Shown: positions 13,497 through 25,590 of the stretch, in pieces | How the letters are laid out: each line of letters starts with the position of its first letter | How positions within the stretch are numbered: the stretch's first letter is position 1 | Source: Felis catus | Lineage: Eukaryota | Assembly (NCBI RefSeq): GCF_018350175.1 | Contig: NC_058373.1 | Coordinates: 102,550,001-102,614,000 of the forward strand | Reading direction: 5' to 3' | DNA: 64,000 bases | Made by a program: the position numbers and the translations under genes | The notes under the pieces: model-generated | The model's input: only the letters and a program-made list of their open reading frames with translations | The model's database searches: none | Told to the model about the DNA's origin: nothing

Positions 13497-14331
13497 GCTG
13501 ATCAAAAAGGATTTAAATAATATAACAGAAAGTGAATTTAGAATAATAGTCATAAAATTAATCGCTGGGCTTGAAAACAGTATACAGGACAGCAGAGAAT
13601 CTCTTGCTACAGAGATCAAGGGACTAAGGAACAGTCACGAGGAGCTGAAAAACACTTTAAACGAAATGCATAACAAAATGGAAACCACCACAGCTCGGCT
13701 TGAAGAGGCAGAGGAGAGAATAGGTGAACTAGAAGATAAAGTTATGGAAAAAGAGGAAGCTGAGAAAAAGAGAGATAAAAAAATCCAGGAGTATGAGGGG
13801 AAAATTAGAGAACTAAGTGATACACTAAAAAGAAATAATATACGCATAATTGGTATCCCAGAGGAGGAAGAGAGAGGGAAAGGTGCTGAAGGGGTACTTG
13901 AAGAAATAATAGCTGAGAACTTCCCTGAACTGGGGAAGGAAAAAGGCATTGAAATCCAAGAGGCACAGAGAACTCCCTTCAGACGTAACTTGAATCGATC
14001 TTCTGCACGACATATCATAGTGAAACTGGCAAAATACAAGGATAAAGAGAAAATTCTGAAAGCAGCAAGGGGTAAACGTGCCCTCACATATAAAGGGAGA
14101 CCTATAAGACTCGTGACTGATCTCTCTTTTGAAACTTGGCAGGCCAGAAAGAATTGGCACGAGATTGTCAGGGTGCTAGACAGAAAAAATATGCAGCCGA
14201 GAATCCTTTATCCAGCAAGTCTGTCACTTAGAATAGAAGGAGAGATAAAGGTCTTCCCAAACAAACAAAAACTGAAGGAATTTGTCACCACTAAACCAGC
14301 CCTACAAGAGATCCTAAGGGGGACCCTGTGA
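13497..14331 (+). pseudogene. L1 ORF1p (N-terminally truncated; coiled coil, RRM and CTD)
   Basis: ORF track: RLEEAEERIGELEDK...NIRIIGIPEEEE...RILYPA...KPALQEIL. Confidence 0.93.
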
Positions 14332-14381
14332 GACAAAGTCCCAGAGACATCACTACAAGCATAAAACATACAGACATCACA

Positions 14382-17300
14382 ATGACTCTTAACCCGTATC
14401 TTTCTATAATAACACTGAATGTAAATGGATTAAATGCGCCAACCAAAAGACATAGGGTATCGGAATGGATAAAAAAACAAGACCCATCTATTTGCTGTCT
14501 ACAAGAGACTCATTTTAGACCTGAGGACACCTTTAGATTGAGAGTGAGGGGATGGAGAACTATTTATCATGCGACTGGAAGCCAAAAGAAAGCTGGAGTA
14601 GCCATACTTATATCAGACAAACTAGACTTTAAATTAAAGGCTGTAACAAGAGATGAAGAAGGACATTATATAATAGTTACAGGGTCAATCCATCAGGAAG
14701 AGCTAACAATTATAAATGTCTATGCGCCGAATACCGGAGCCCCCAAATATATAAAACAATTACTCATAAACATAAGCAACCTTATTGATAAGAATGTGGT
14801 AATTGCAGGGGACTTTAACACCCCACTTACAGAAATGGACAGATCATCTAGACACACGGTCAATAAACAAACAAGGGCCCTGAATGAGACATTGGATCAG
14901 ATGGACTTGACAGATATATTTAGAACTCTGCATCCCAAAGCAACAGAATATACTTTCTTCTCGAGTGCACATGGAACATTCTCCAAGATAGATCATATAC
15001 TGGGTCACAAAACAGCCCTTCATAAGTTTACAAGAATTGAAATTATACCATGCATACTTTCAGACCACAATGCTATGAAACTTGAAATCAACCACAGAAA
15101 AAAGTCTGGAAAACCTCCAAAGGCATGGAGGTTAAAGAACACCCTACTAACGAATGAGTGGGTCAACCAGGCAATTAGAGAAGAAATTTAAAAATATATG
15201 GAAACAAACGAAAATGAAAATACAACAATCCAAACGCTTTGGGACGCAGCGAAGGCAGTCCTGAGAGGAAAATACATTGCAATCCAGGCCTATCTCAAGA
15301 AACAAGAAAAATCCCAAATAGAAAATCTAACAGCACACCTAAAGGAACTAGAAGCAGAACAGCAAAGGCAGCCTAAACCCAGCAGAAGAAGAGAAATAAT
15401 AAAGATCAGAGCAGAAATAAACAATATAGAATCTAAAAAAACTGTAGAGCAGATCAACGAAACCAAGAGTTGGTTTTTTGAAAAAATAAACAAAATTGAC
15501 AAACCTCTAGCCAGGCTTCTCAAAAAGAAAAGGGAAATGACCCAAATAGATAAAATCATGAATGAAAATGGAATTATTACAACCAATCCCTCAGAGATAC
15601 AAACAATTATCAGGGAATACTATGAAAAATTATATGCCAACAAATTGGACAACCTGGAAGAAATGGACAAATTCCTGAACACCCACACTCTTCCAAAACT
15701 CAATCAGGAGGAAATAGAAAGCTTGAACAGACCCATAACCAGCGAAGAAATTGAATCGGTTATCAAAAATCTCCCAACAAATAAGAGTCCAGGACCAGAT
15801 GGCTTCCCAGGGGAGTTCTACCAGACGTTTAAAGCAGAGATAATACCTATCCTTCTCAAGCTATTCCAAGAAATAGAAAGGGAAGGAAAACTTCCAGACT
15901 CATTCTATGAAGCCAGTATTACTTTGATTCCTAAACCAGACAGAGACCCAGTAAAAAAAGAGAACTACAGGCCAATATCCCTGATGAATATGGATGTAAA
16001 AATTCTCAATAAGATACTAGCAAATCGAATTCAATGGCATATAAAAAGAATTATTCACCATGATCAAGTGGGATTCATTCCTGGGATGCAGGGCTGGTTC
16101 AACATTCGCAAATCAATCAACGTGATACATCACATTAACAAAAAAAAAGAGAAGAACCATACGATCCTGTCAATCGATGCAGAAAAGGCCTTTGACAAAA
16201 TCCAGCACCCTTTCTTAATAAAAACCCTTGAGAAAGTCGGGATAGAAGGAACATACTTAAAGATCATAAAAGCCATTTATGAAAAGCCCACAGCTAACAT
16301 CATCCTCAACGGGGAAAAACTGAGAGCTTTTTCCCTGAGATCAGGAACACGACAAGGATGTCCACTCTCACCGCTGCTGTTTAACATAGTGCTGGAAGTT
16401 CTAGCATCAGCAATCAGACAACAAAAGGAAATCAAAGGCATCAAAATTGGCAAAGATGAAGTCAAGCTTTCGCTTTTTGCAGATGACATATTATACATGG
16501 AAAATCCGATAGACTCCACCAAAAGTCTGCTAGAACTGATACAGGAATTCAGCAAAGTTGCAGGATACAAAATCAATGTACAGAAATCAGTTGCATTCTT
16601 ATACACTAACAATGAAGCAACAGAAAGACAAATAAAGAAACTGATCCCATTCACAATTGCACCAAGAAGCATAAAATACCTAGGAATAAATCTAACCAAA
16701 GATGTAAAGGATCTGTATGCTGAAAACTATAGAAAGCTTATGAAGGAAATTGAAGAAGATTTAAAGAAATGGAAAGACATTCCCTGCTCATGGATTGGAA
16801 AAATAAATATTGTCAAAATGTCAATACTACCCAAAGCTATCTACACATTCAATGCAATCCCAATCAAAATTGCACCAGCATTCTTCTCGAAACTAGAACA
16901 GGCAATCCTAAAATTCATATGGAACCACAAAAGGCCCCGAATAGCCAAAGGAATTTTGAAGAAGAAGACCAAAGCAGGAAGCATCACAATCCCAGACTTT
17001 AGCCTCTACTACAAAGCTGTCATCATCAAGACAGCATGGTATTGGCACAAAAACAGACACATAGACCAATGGAATAGAATAGAAACCCCAGAACTAGACC
17101 CACAAACGTATGGCCAACTCATCTTTGACAAAGCAGGAAAGAACATCCAATGGAAAAAAGACAGCCTCTTTAACAAATGGTGCTGGGAGAACTGGACAGC
17201 AGCATGCAGAAGGTTGAAACTAGACCACTTTCTCACACCATTCACAAAAATAAACTCCAAATGGATAAAGGACCTAAATGTGAGACAGGAAACCATCAAA

Positions 17301-18203
17301 ACCTTAGAGGAGAAAGCAGGAAAAGACCTCTCTGACCTCAGCCGTAGCAATCTCTTACTCGACACATCCCCAAAGGCAAGGGAATTAAAAGCAAAAGTGA
17401 ATTACTGGGACCTTATGAAGATAAAAAGCTTCTGCACAGCAAAGGAAACAACCAACAAAACTAAAAGGCAACCAACGGAATGGGAAAAGATATTCGCAAA
17501 TGACATATCGGACAAAGGGCTAGTATCCAAAATCTATAAAGAGCTCACCAAACTCCACACCCGTAAAACAAATAACCCAGTGAAGAAATGGGCAGAAAAC
17601 ATGAATAGACACTTCTCTAAAGAAGACATCCGGATGGCCAACAGGCACATGAAAAGATGTTCAGCGTCGCTCCTTATCAGGGAAATACAAATCAAAACCA
17701 CACTCAGGTATCACCTCACGCCAGTCAGAGTGGCCAAAATGAACAAATCAGGAGCCTATAGATGCTGGAGAGGATGTGGAGAAACGGGAACCCTCTTGCA
17801 CTGTTGGTGGGAATGCAAATTGGTGCAGCCGCTCTGGAAAGCAGTGTGGAGGTTCCTCAGAAAATTAAAAATAGACCTACCCTATGACCCAGCAATAGTA
17901 CTGCTAGGAATTTATCCAAGGGATACAGGAGTACGGATGCATAGGGCCACTTGTACCCCAATGTTCATAGCAGCACTCTCAACAATAGCCAAATTATGGA
18001 AAGAGCCTAAATGTCCATCAACTGATGAATGCATAAAGAAATTGTGGTTTATATACACAATGGAATACTATGTGGCAATGAGAAAGAACGAAATATGGCC
18101 TTTTGTAGCAACATGGATGGAACTGGAGAGTGTGATGCTAAGTGAAATAAGCCATACAGAGAAAGACAGATACCGTATGGTTTCACTCTTATGTGGACCC
18201 TGA
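14382..18203 (+). pseudogene. L1 ORF2p (APE endonuclease, reverse transcriptase, C-terminal Cys-rich domain) with one in-frame stop
   Basis: MTLNPYLSIITLNVNGLN...GDFN...SDHN, then TAA at 15189-15191, then 1001 aa in the same frame with QGCPLSP, FADD and HCWWEC. Confidence 0.96.
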
Positions 18204-18442
18204 GAAACTTAACAGGAACCCATGGGGGAGGGGAAGGAAAAAAAAAAAAGAGGTTAGAGTGGGAGAGAGCCAAAGCATAAGAGACTGTTAAAAACTGAGA
18301 ACAAACTGAGGGTTGATGGGGGGTGGGAGGGAGGAGAGGGTGGGTGATGGGTATTGAGGAGGGCACCTTTTGGGATGAGCACTGGGTGTTGTATGGAAAC
18401 CAATTTGTCAATAAATTTCATATAAAAAAAAAACTGCACCAA

Positions 18443-20492
18443 AAAGAATAAAATACCTAGGAATAAACTTAACCAAAGAGGTGAAAGACCTGTACTCTGA
18501 AAACTATAAACACTGATTAAAGAAACTGAAGATGACACAAACAAATGGATAAAAATTCCATGCTCGTTGATTGGAAGAATATTGTTAAAATGTCCCTGTT
18601 ACCCAAAGCAATTTATAGATTCAATGCAATCCCTATCAGAATACCAACCACATTTTTCACAAAACTAGAATACTATTGAAATTTGTATGGAGCCACAAAA
18701 GACCCCAAATGGCCAAAGCAATCTTGAGAAAAAAACAAAAAACAAAAAACAAAGCTAGAGGTATCACAATTTCAGATTTGAAGATAAACTACAAATATGT
18801 AGTAATCAAAACACAAAAACAGGCACAAAAAACAGACATTTAGATCAATGGACAAAGAGCCCAGAAATAAACCCACAAATATATGGCCAATTAATCTATG
18901 ACAGAGGAGTCAAGAGTATACAACAGGGAAAATAAAGTTTCTTCAATAAATAATGCTGGGAAAACTGGATAGCTACATGAAAGAAAAAAAAAAGAAAAGA
19001 AAAAGAAACTGGACCACTTTTTAACACCCTACACAAAAATAAACTCAAATTGATTAAAGATCTAAATTCAAGACCTGAAACCATAAAAAATACAGAAGAG
19101 AACACAGGCAGTAATTTCTCTGACATCAGCCATAGCAGCATTTTTCTAGATCGGTCTCCTAAAGGGAAACAAAAGCAAAAAGAAACCATTGGGACTACAA
19201 AGTAAAAACTTTTGCACAGGGGCGCCTGGGTCGCTCAGTCGGTTGGGCATCCGACTTTGGCTCGGGTCATGATCTCACGGTTCGTGAGTTTGAGCCCCAC
19301 ATCGGGCTCTGTGCCGATAGTTCAGAGCCCGGAGCCTGCTTTGTATTCTGTGTCTCCCTCTCTCTCTGCCCCTCCGCTGCTCATGGTCTGTCTCTGTCTC
19401 TCAATAATAAATAAATGTTTAAAAAAATTTTAAAAACTTTTGCACAATAAGGAAACCATCAACAAACCAAAACGCAGTCTACTGAATAAAAGAAGGTATT
19501 TGCAAATGATATATCTGATAAGGGGTTAATATCCAAAATATATAAAGAACTACAACTCAACACCAAAAAAATATATTAAAAAAATCTGTTTAAAAAATGG
19601 GCAGAGGACCTGAACATTTTCCCAAAGACGACACACAGATGACCAATTGACACATGAAAAGATACTCAACATCACCCATCAGGGAACTAACACAGCAAAG
19701 CCACAATGAAACACCACCTTACACCTGTTGGAATGGCTAAAATTAAAAAGACAAGAAATAACAAGTGTTGGTGAGGATGTGGAGGAAAAAGAACCCTTGT
19801 GCGCTGTTGGTGAGAATGTAAACTGGTGCAGCCACTGTGGAAAACAGTATAGAGGGTCCTCAAAAAATTAAAAATAGAAATTCCATACGATCCAATGATT
19901 CCACTATTGAGTATTTACCCAAAGAAAACAAAAACACTAATTTGAAAAGATAAATGTACCCCCATGTTTACTGCAGTATTATTTACAATAGTCAAGATAT
20001 GGAAGCAACCGAAGTGTCCATTGATAGAGAAATAAGGAAGATGTGGTATACAAATCAAGATTATGCAACCATAACAAAGGATGAGATCATGCCATTTGAG
20101 AGATTATGGATGGTCCTAGAGGGTATTATGCTAAGTGAAATAAATACTATATGAAAAAGACAAATACCATGTGATTTCATTTATGTGTGGAATCTTAAAA
20201 AAAATAATAAAAAGCAGAGGCAGACCTAGAAACACAGAGAACAAACCAATGGTTGCCCGAGGGGAGGGGGTTTGAGGGATGGGAAAAATGAGTGAAGGGA
20301 AGTGGGAGACACAGCCTCCCAGTTATGGAATGAATAAGTCAGAGGAATTAAAGGCACAGTATAAGGAATATAATCAATGGCCTTGTAACAGCGTTGTATG
20401 GGAACAGATGGTAACATGGTATGGTGAACATAGCATTAGGTATAAACTTGCTGAATCACCTGAAACTAATGTAACATTGTGTCAACTATACT
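18443..20492 (+). mobile_element. Older carnivore L1, right part (ORF2 3' half + 3'UTR), interrupted by a SINE
   Basis: Resumes with aaagaataaaatacctaggaataaac. Degenerate ORF2 C-terminus and a 3'UTR ending gtgtcaactatact, followed by an AT-rich tail. Confidence 0.92.
19219..19431 (+). mobile_element. Can-SINE inserted in the older L1
   Basis: TSD AAAAACTTTTGCACA (19204-19218 / 19432-19446). Confidence 0.95.
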
Positions 20493-20972
20493 AATTTATA
20501 TATTATATATATATTATATATATAATATAAACATATATAAATATATATTTAATAACAATTATAATAAAATTTAATATAAATAACATAAAAAACACAAGTA
20601 TAAAAAATATTAACATCCAGTGTTGTTTGGAGAAAATGAATACTTGATGCATCTCTAGAGTGAGGAGAAATTCGTACAACCTTTCAGGCAGACAATTTAC
20701 TACTCATCTTCTAACACTTAGAGGGAAAAGCAGCTCCTACCACAGTTTTATGCTGAAAGGATCTATATCAGTACAGGGCTGCCTCTGCAGGAGATCCAAG
20801 AAAAAAACAAGCCTTTTAAGAGTTGCCTCCTGAGCTAATGCTCAAGCTAATGGTCAAGAAGTGCCTAATTTACCTCCTTTAAAAAGTTCTATCCATTTAT
20901 CTGTAATGAGGAAAATATACAATAACTACTTCCCCAGGCTTATAACAGGCTTTGTCACCACTATAGTTTTTT

Positions 20973-21186
20973 AATTTTTTAAAAACATTTATTTATTATT
21001 GAGAGACAGAGAGACCCAGAGCGTGAGCAGGGGACGGGTAGAGAGAGGGGGAGACACAGAATCCAAAGCAGGCTCCAGGCTGAGCTGTCAGCACAGAGCC
21101 TGACGTGGGGCTCGAACTCACAAACTGTGAGGTCATGACCTGAGCTGAAGTCGGTTGCCCAACCAACTGACCCACCCAGGCACCCC
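20973..21186 (-). mobile_element. Can-SINE
   Basis: TSD ACTATAGTTTTT. Confidence 0.93.
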
Positions 21187-21424
21187 ACTATAGTTTTTAA
21201 ATGCACCTTAAGAACAAGTTCTAGCAGCCTAGCTAAGTCCCCTCAGTTTTAACAGGGGAACTGCAAAATGACACCTAAGTCAGTCTTACATGGCATTTCA
21301 TGAACTTAAAACTCTTTAGCAAAGTATTTTGTTCCTACTATGTGTTTTACAACATGAATACTATCCTTCCTTGTTTTACATACAGAATTATTTGTCTGAT
21401 AACAATGAAGGTGGTTCCGCATAC

Positions 21425-21516
21425 CTTTTGGCTCCCGTGCAGACCATTTTCCCAGAGCTAAATATGAGGGCTGTGGTCCTGGGCTCTCGGATCCTCATTA
21501 TGACAGCAGCAAACCT
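21425..21516 (-). CDS. TBPL2: TBPL2 coding exon 4 ([30 protein letters not shown])
   Basis: Acceptor gtatag|AGG, donor AG|GTATG. 92 nt. TBP core sequence. Confidence 0.97.
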
Positions 21517-22053
21517 CTATACACAAAAGTCAAAAGAACAATTAGCCTCTGCCAGGATGTAACACTATTCCAATTGAAAAGCTGAGCCGGACATGAAATT
21601 GGTCTTGAATAAACCGATTTTGGATGGGAAAGGGAAAAAATGTCTGGGTCTATTCTCCCCGCGCTAATGCTAACAAAAACAATCATGATTCTAAAATGTA
21701 CTTAGAAAAAACAGGTAAGAATAATAACAATAGAGCTAAAATTCTAATGCCTATTATATTTCAAGCACAATGCTAAGAGGTTTAAAAGTTTTGTCACCTT
21801 TATCCTCATGCTAGATCTCAACTGAGTCCATGATTATCACCATTTAGTGCACAGGGAAACTAAGTGGTTATTCAGCTTCCAGCATTACACAGGGAATGGT
21901 AAGGTTGAGATTTAAAACCATGACTAATTGGATGCTGTGTTTTTTTTTTTTTACCTTGAAATACTTCCTTTTTCTTTCAAAGAATATTTGGGGAGGGGGG
22001 AGAAGTATGAGGTATGTTACAGGCTTGCCAAGACTCTATAATGTACTAGTAGC

Positions 22054-22056
<3 letters not shown>

Positions 22057-22105
<49 letters not shown>

Positions 22106-22482
22106 CTATATATATAAATATATATATATAACTATACATATATAACTATATATATATAAATAACTATATATATATAACTATACATATATAACTATATATA
22201 TATAAATAACTATATATATATAACTATACATATATAACTATATATATAACTATATATATAGTTATATATATAACTATATATATAACTATATATATAACTA
22301 TATATATAGCTATATATATACAACTATATATATATAACTATAACTATATATATAACTATATAACTATATAAGTATATAACTAACTATATAACTATATAAC
22401 TATATATAACTATATATATAGATATATATATAGTTATATATATCTATATATATATATAACTATATATATATACACATATATA
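22057..22482. repeat. Complex (TA)n / TAACTATATATA minisatellite-like tract, ~425 bp
   Basis: A pure (TA)n run followed by many TAAC(TA)n variants. Confidence 0.97.
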
Positions 22483-23150
22483 TTTGTCAAGTTCTTGCCT
22501 ACCATAGTAGTTCTCGAAGTGCGGTTCCCCCACATGAGCAGCATGGGCAAGCCCTGCAGGTGGTACTGATGCAAGGGAGGGCTGCCACACTGACATGTCA
22601 CCAAAGACCTGCTTCTCCTTCTGGTCCTACACACGCACTCCCTTCTCCTGCTCTCATCTTCCCCCATTAAGCCGGGAAGGAAACCGGGGTGGGTAGTATG
22701 CAAGACGGCAGGTTCCCTGGGTCAGAGCTCCTCCACAGAACCAAGGTGGGACTAGAAATTTCAGATTTGAAGTGTTGACAGAGAGTGAAAGAACCCCAAG
22801 TCAGCACCGCACAGAGCCGATTGAATCTTATGAATGTTTTCCAATATTTAAGGTGATGCCCTCACCTTAAGGTGAGCTATCTTAAGATAGCTCAAGTGCC
22901 AAGCCAGAATTTCTCTGGCTATCAAGTCCAAGTTTGGATAGATCCTATACACAAAAATAAAATGAGGGAGCACTGAGCATGATGGGCAATAAAATATGCT
23001 TAAATATGCTGACTTAATAGTGTGGTCAATCATGGATGTAGCCGTACGAATCCTAGCTTAGCATTGTGTTTCTGTGCTCATCATAGCCGCCTACATGAAA
23101 GGGGAAAAGGAAATATCTGGGTAGTATTGAAGTACATTTAAACTCAGATT

Positions 23151-23372
23151 GGGGCGCCTGGGTGGCGCAGTCGGTTGGGTGTCCGACTTCAGCCAGGTCA
23201 CGATCTCTCGGTCCAGGAGTTCGAGCCCTGCGTCATGCTCTGGGCTGATGGCTCAGAGCCTGGAGCCTGTTTCCAATTCTGTGTCTCCCTCTCTCTCTGC
23301 CCCTCCCCCGTTCATGCTCTGTCTCTCTCTGTCCCAAAAATAAATAAACGTTGAAAAAATAAATAAATAAAA
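23151..23372 (+). mobile_element. SINEC_Fc-like Can-SINE (young subfamily)
   Basis: TSD TAAACTCAGAT. Confidence 0.94.
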
Positions 23373-24091
23373 TAAACTCAGATGTCAGCAAGAACACTAC
23401 CAAAACAGTAAAAACAACTTAATCCATACATAGCTGATGCTCACAAGGTCCGCTGGGTTCCTCTGTAGGAACTCTGTACGGCCTTCTTCATCTAACGCCA
23501 CAAATCCTCCACCACCCAGGATGGTGAACTTCTCCCCAGTAGGCACCAGATCTTACTCTGTACTCATAAGTACAGAGACCAGCAAATTACTAAATGTTGA
23601 CTGAATGAAAAAATCTACTTCTTAGGTTGATAGGCCATTAAAAATTGGATGCCTCGCCTTGGCAGGACACAACAAAGAGTAGACTTTATTAAACTTTGAG
23701 GGAAAAGAAATCCCTGACTCTTACTCAAGTAAGTAGAAGCTTGAACTTCACACTTTAAACAATTCAGCTTTCTCAAACAAGAGAAATTGTAATAGGAAAA
23801 GTATGTGTCAGGTAGGTGGAACAACATTTAGAAAAAACTATTTCCAGAAATATGATGGCATTTTAAGAAAGTTAGCATCCTTGTAGGCTCAAAGTGGTCA
23901 TACTGAAAAATCTGTTTGAATGACAAGGGAAAAATCTTAACTTTTAGGAACCGCTCAACCACTGCTTTATTCAGCACAGGGAATGAGGTTATTTTTTATA
24001 ACTTCAAAACAGACAATGAGGCAATTAATCCCTTGAGTTGTCAACAGTTCTGCACTAACAATTTTTTCCTGTTTTAAAACAATAACAAAAC

Positions 24092-24300
24092 GGGGCTCCT
24101 GGGTGGCTCAGTAGGTTAAGTGTCCGACTTCGGTTCAGGTCATGATCTCACAGTTCATGGGTTCGAGTCCCGTGTCGGGCTCTGTGCAGACAGCTCAGAG
24201 CCTGGAGCCTGCTTTGGATTCTGTGTCTCCCTCTCTCTCTGCCCCTCCCCCGTTCGCGTGGTCTCTCAAAAATAAATAAATGTAATTGAAAAAAAGTTTT
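24092..24300 (+). mobile_element. Can-SINE
   Basis: Canonical head, body and tail. Confidence 0.92.
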
Positions 24301-24356
24301 TTAATAAAAAAAATACCAAAGGAATGAATCAATAACATGATCATATGAAGTAAATC

Positions 24357-24383
24357 TAGTATATGTACTGCCAAAGCAAGCAC
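24357..24383 (-). pseudogene. 3'-truncated (tailless) U6 snRNA retrocopy, U6 nt 1-27
   Basis: Minus strand GTGCTTGCTTTGGCAGTACATATACTA vs U6 5' end GTGCTCGCTTCGGCAGCACATATACTA (24/27). Flanked by the 13-bp direct repeat TGAAGTAAATCTA. Confidence 0.9.
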
Positions 24384-24413
24384 TGAAGTAAATCTAAATA
24401 GAAGCTAATTGTT

Positions 24414-24641
24414 TGTTTTTTTTTTTTAATTTTTTTTTCAACGTTTATTTATTTTTGGGACAGAGAGAGACAGAGCATGAACAGGGGAGGGGCAGAGAGA
24501 GAGGGAGACACAGAATCGGAAACAGGCTCCAGGCTCCGAGCCATCAGCCCAGAGCCCGACGCGGGGCTCGAACTCACGGACCGCGAGATCGTGACCTGGC
24601 TGAAGTCGGACGCTTAACCGACTGCGCCACCCAGGCGCCTC
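24414..24641 (-). mobile_element. SINEC_Fc-like Can-SINE (young, CpG-rich)
   Basis: TSD TAGAAGCTAATTGTT (24399-24413 / 24642-24656). About 40 nt from the exon 3 donor. Confidence 0.96.
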
Positions 24642-24680
24642 TAGAAGCTAATTGTTGAATGAAATACCGAGAAATCTTAC

Positions 24681-24768
24681 CTTTGGGTTATACTCTGCAT
24701 TTTTTGCATGCAAAGCTATTTTCTTCAGATCCAGTTTACAGGCCAGGTTTACAGTGGAAACTATATTC
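24681..24768 (-). CDS. TBPL2: TBPL2 coding exon 3 ([29 protein letters not shown])
   Basis: Acceptor ttctttcttcag|G, donor AAG|GTAAG. 88 nt. Start of TBP core repeat 1. Confidence 0.97.
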
Positions 24769-25273
24769 CTGAAGAAAGAAGTCAACTTAGAAAATTATAT
24801 CAGACACAAGAAGTAAAAAAAATTAAAATGTATTAACTTCCTCATCTTATATCTATTAGCAACTTCCTAGAATTATTCTCAATGTGAAATACATTGTATC
24901 ATGAAGAACTCTAGTAAAATGTAAAAATTCCAAAGTGAAGTACTAAAATGGTTTTTTCTGTAATGTCGTGACTAGCTGAATAAAAGCAAGTTTTAAATCT
25001 TTTTCAAAACCATGTCTCAAAATAGCAAGCATAATCCTAAATCAATTTGCAAGTTGAATCCAATTTTACATCTTTATATTCTTTGTGTTTATCCTACCCC
25101 AACCACAATTCTCAGCAATTACAGTGCTCTAGTATAAACAATATAATCCTTAAGAATGTATATACTAACTCTTAACCCTCTCTTAGGAGATCAAGAATTG
25201 GTACTTCATTTAACAGATAACCAAACTGTCTAAAGACACAATCCATTAAAAACTGATAAAAGAATAATTAATA

Positions 25274-25472
25274 GGGCACTTAGGTGGCTCAGTCGGTTGA
25301 GTGCCCCACTTTGGCTCAGGTCATGATCTCACGGTTTGTGAGTTCGAACCCCGCGTGGGGCTCTGTGCTGACAGCTCAGCCTCCTTCGGATTCTGTGTCT
25401 CCCTTTCTCTCTGCCCCTCCCCTGCTCACACTCTGTCTCTCTCTCAAAAATAAATTAAAAAAATATTTTAAA
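25274..25472 (+). mobile_element. Can-SINE
   Basis: TSD-like AAAGAATAATTA on both sides. Confidence 0.92.
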
Positions 25473-25590
25473 AAAGAATAATTAAATCTAAAATTCTCTT
25501 CCCCACACTATTATTCTGAAATTCGTTGTCCTCACATTCAAGAACATAAACGGTATACCCAGGAGCTCACCCATTAAAAACACACACACA

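Larger units (their letters stand above)
13497..18429 (+). mobile_element. Young felid LINE-1 (L1_Fc-like), 5'-truncated within ORF1
   Basis: Partial ORF1, near-complete ORF2, G-rich 3'UTR, AATAAA plus short poly(A). 13-bp TSD AAAACTGCACCAA (13484-13496 / 18430-18442) after TT. Confidence 0.97.

Noticed and set aside
15198..18203. 1001-aa reverse transcriptase ORF as a novel or domesticated RT gene
   Set aside because: Ordinary L1 ORF2 downstream of a nonsense codon, inside a TSD-flanked, 5'-truncated L1.
22057..22482. CRISPR-like or coding repeat array
   Set aside because: Low-complexity TA slippage with no unique spacers, in a eukaryotic context.
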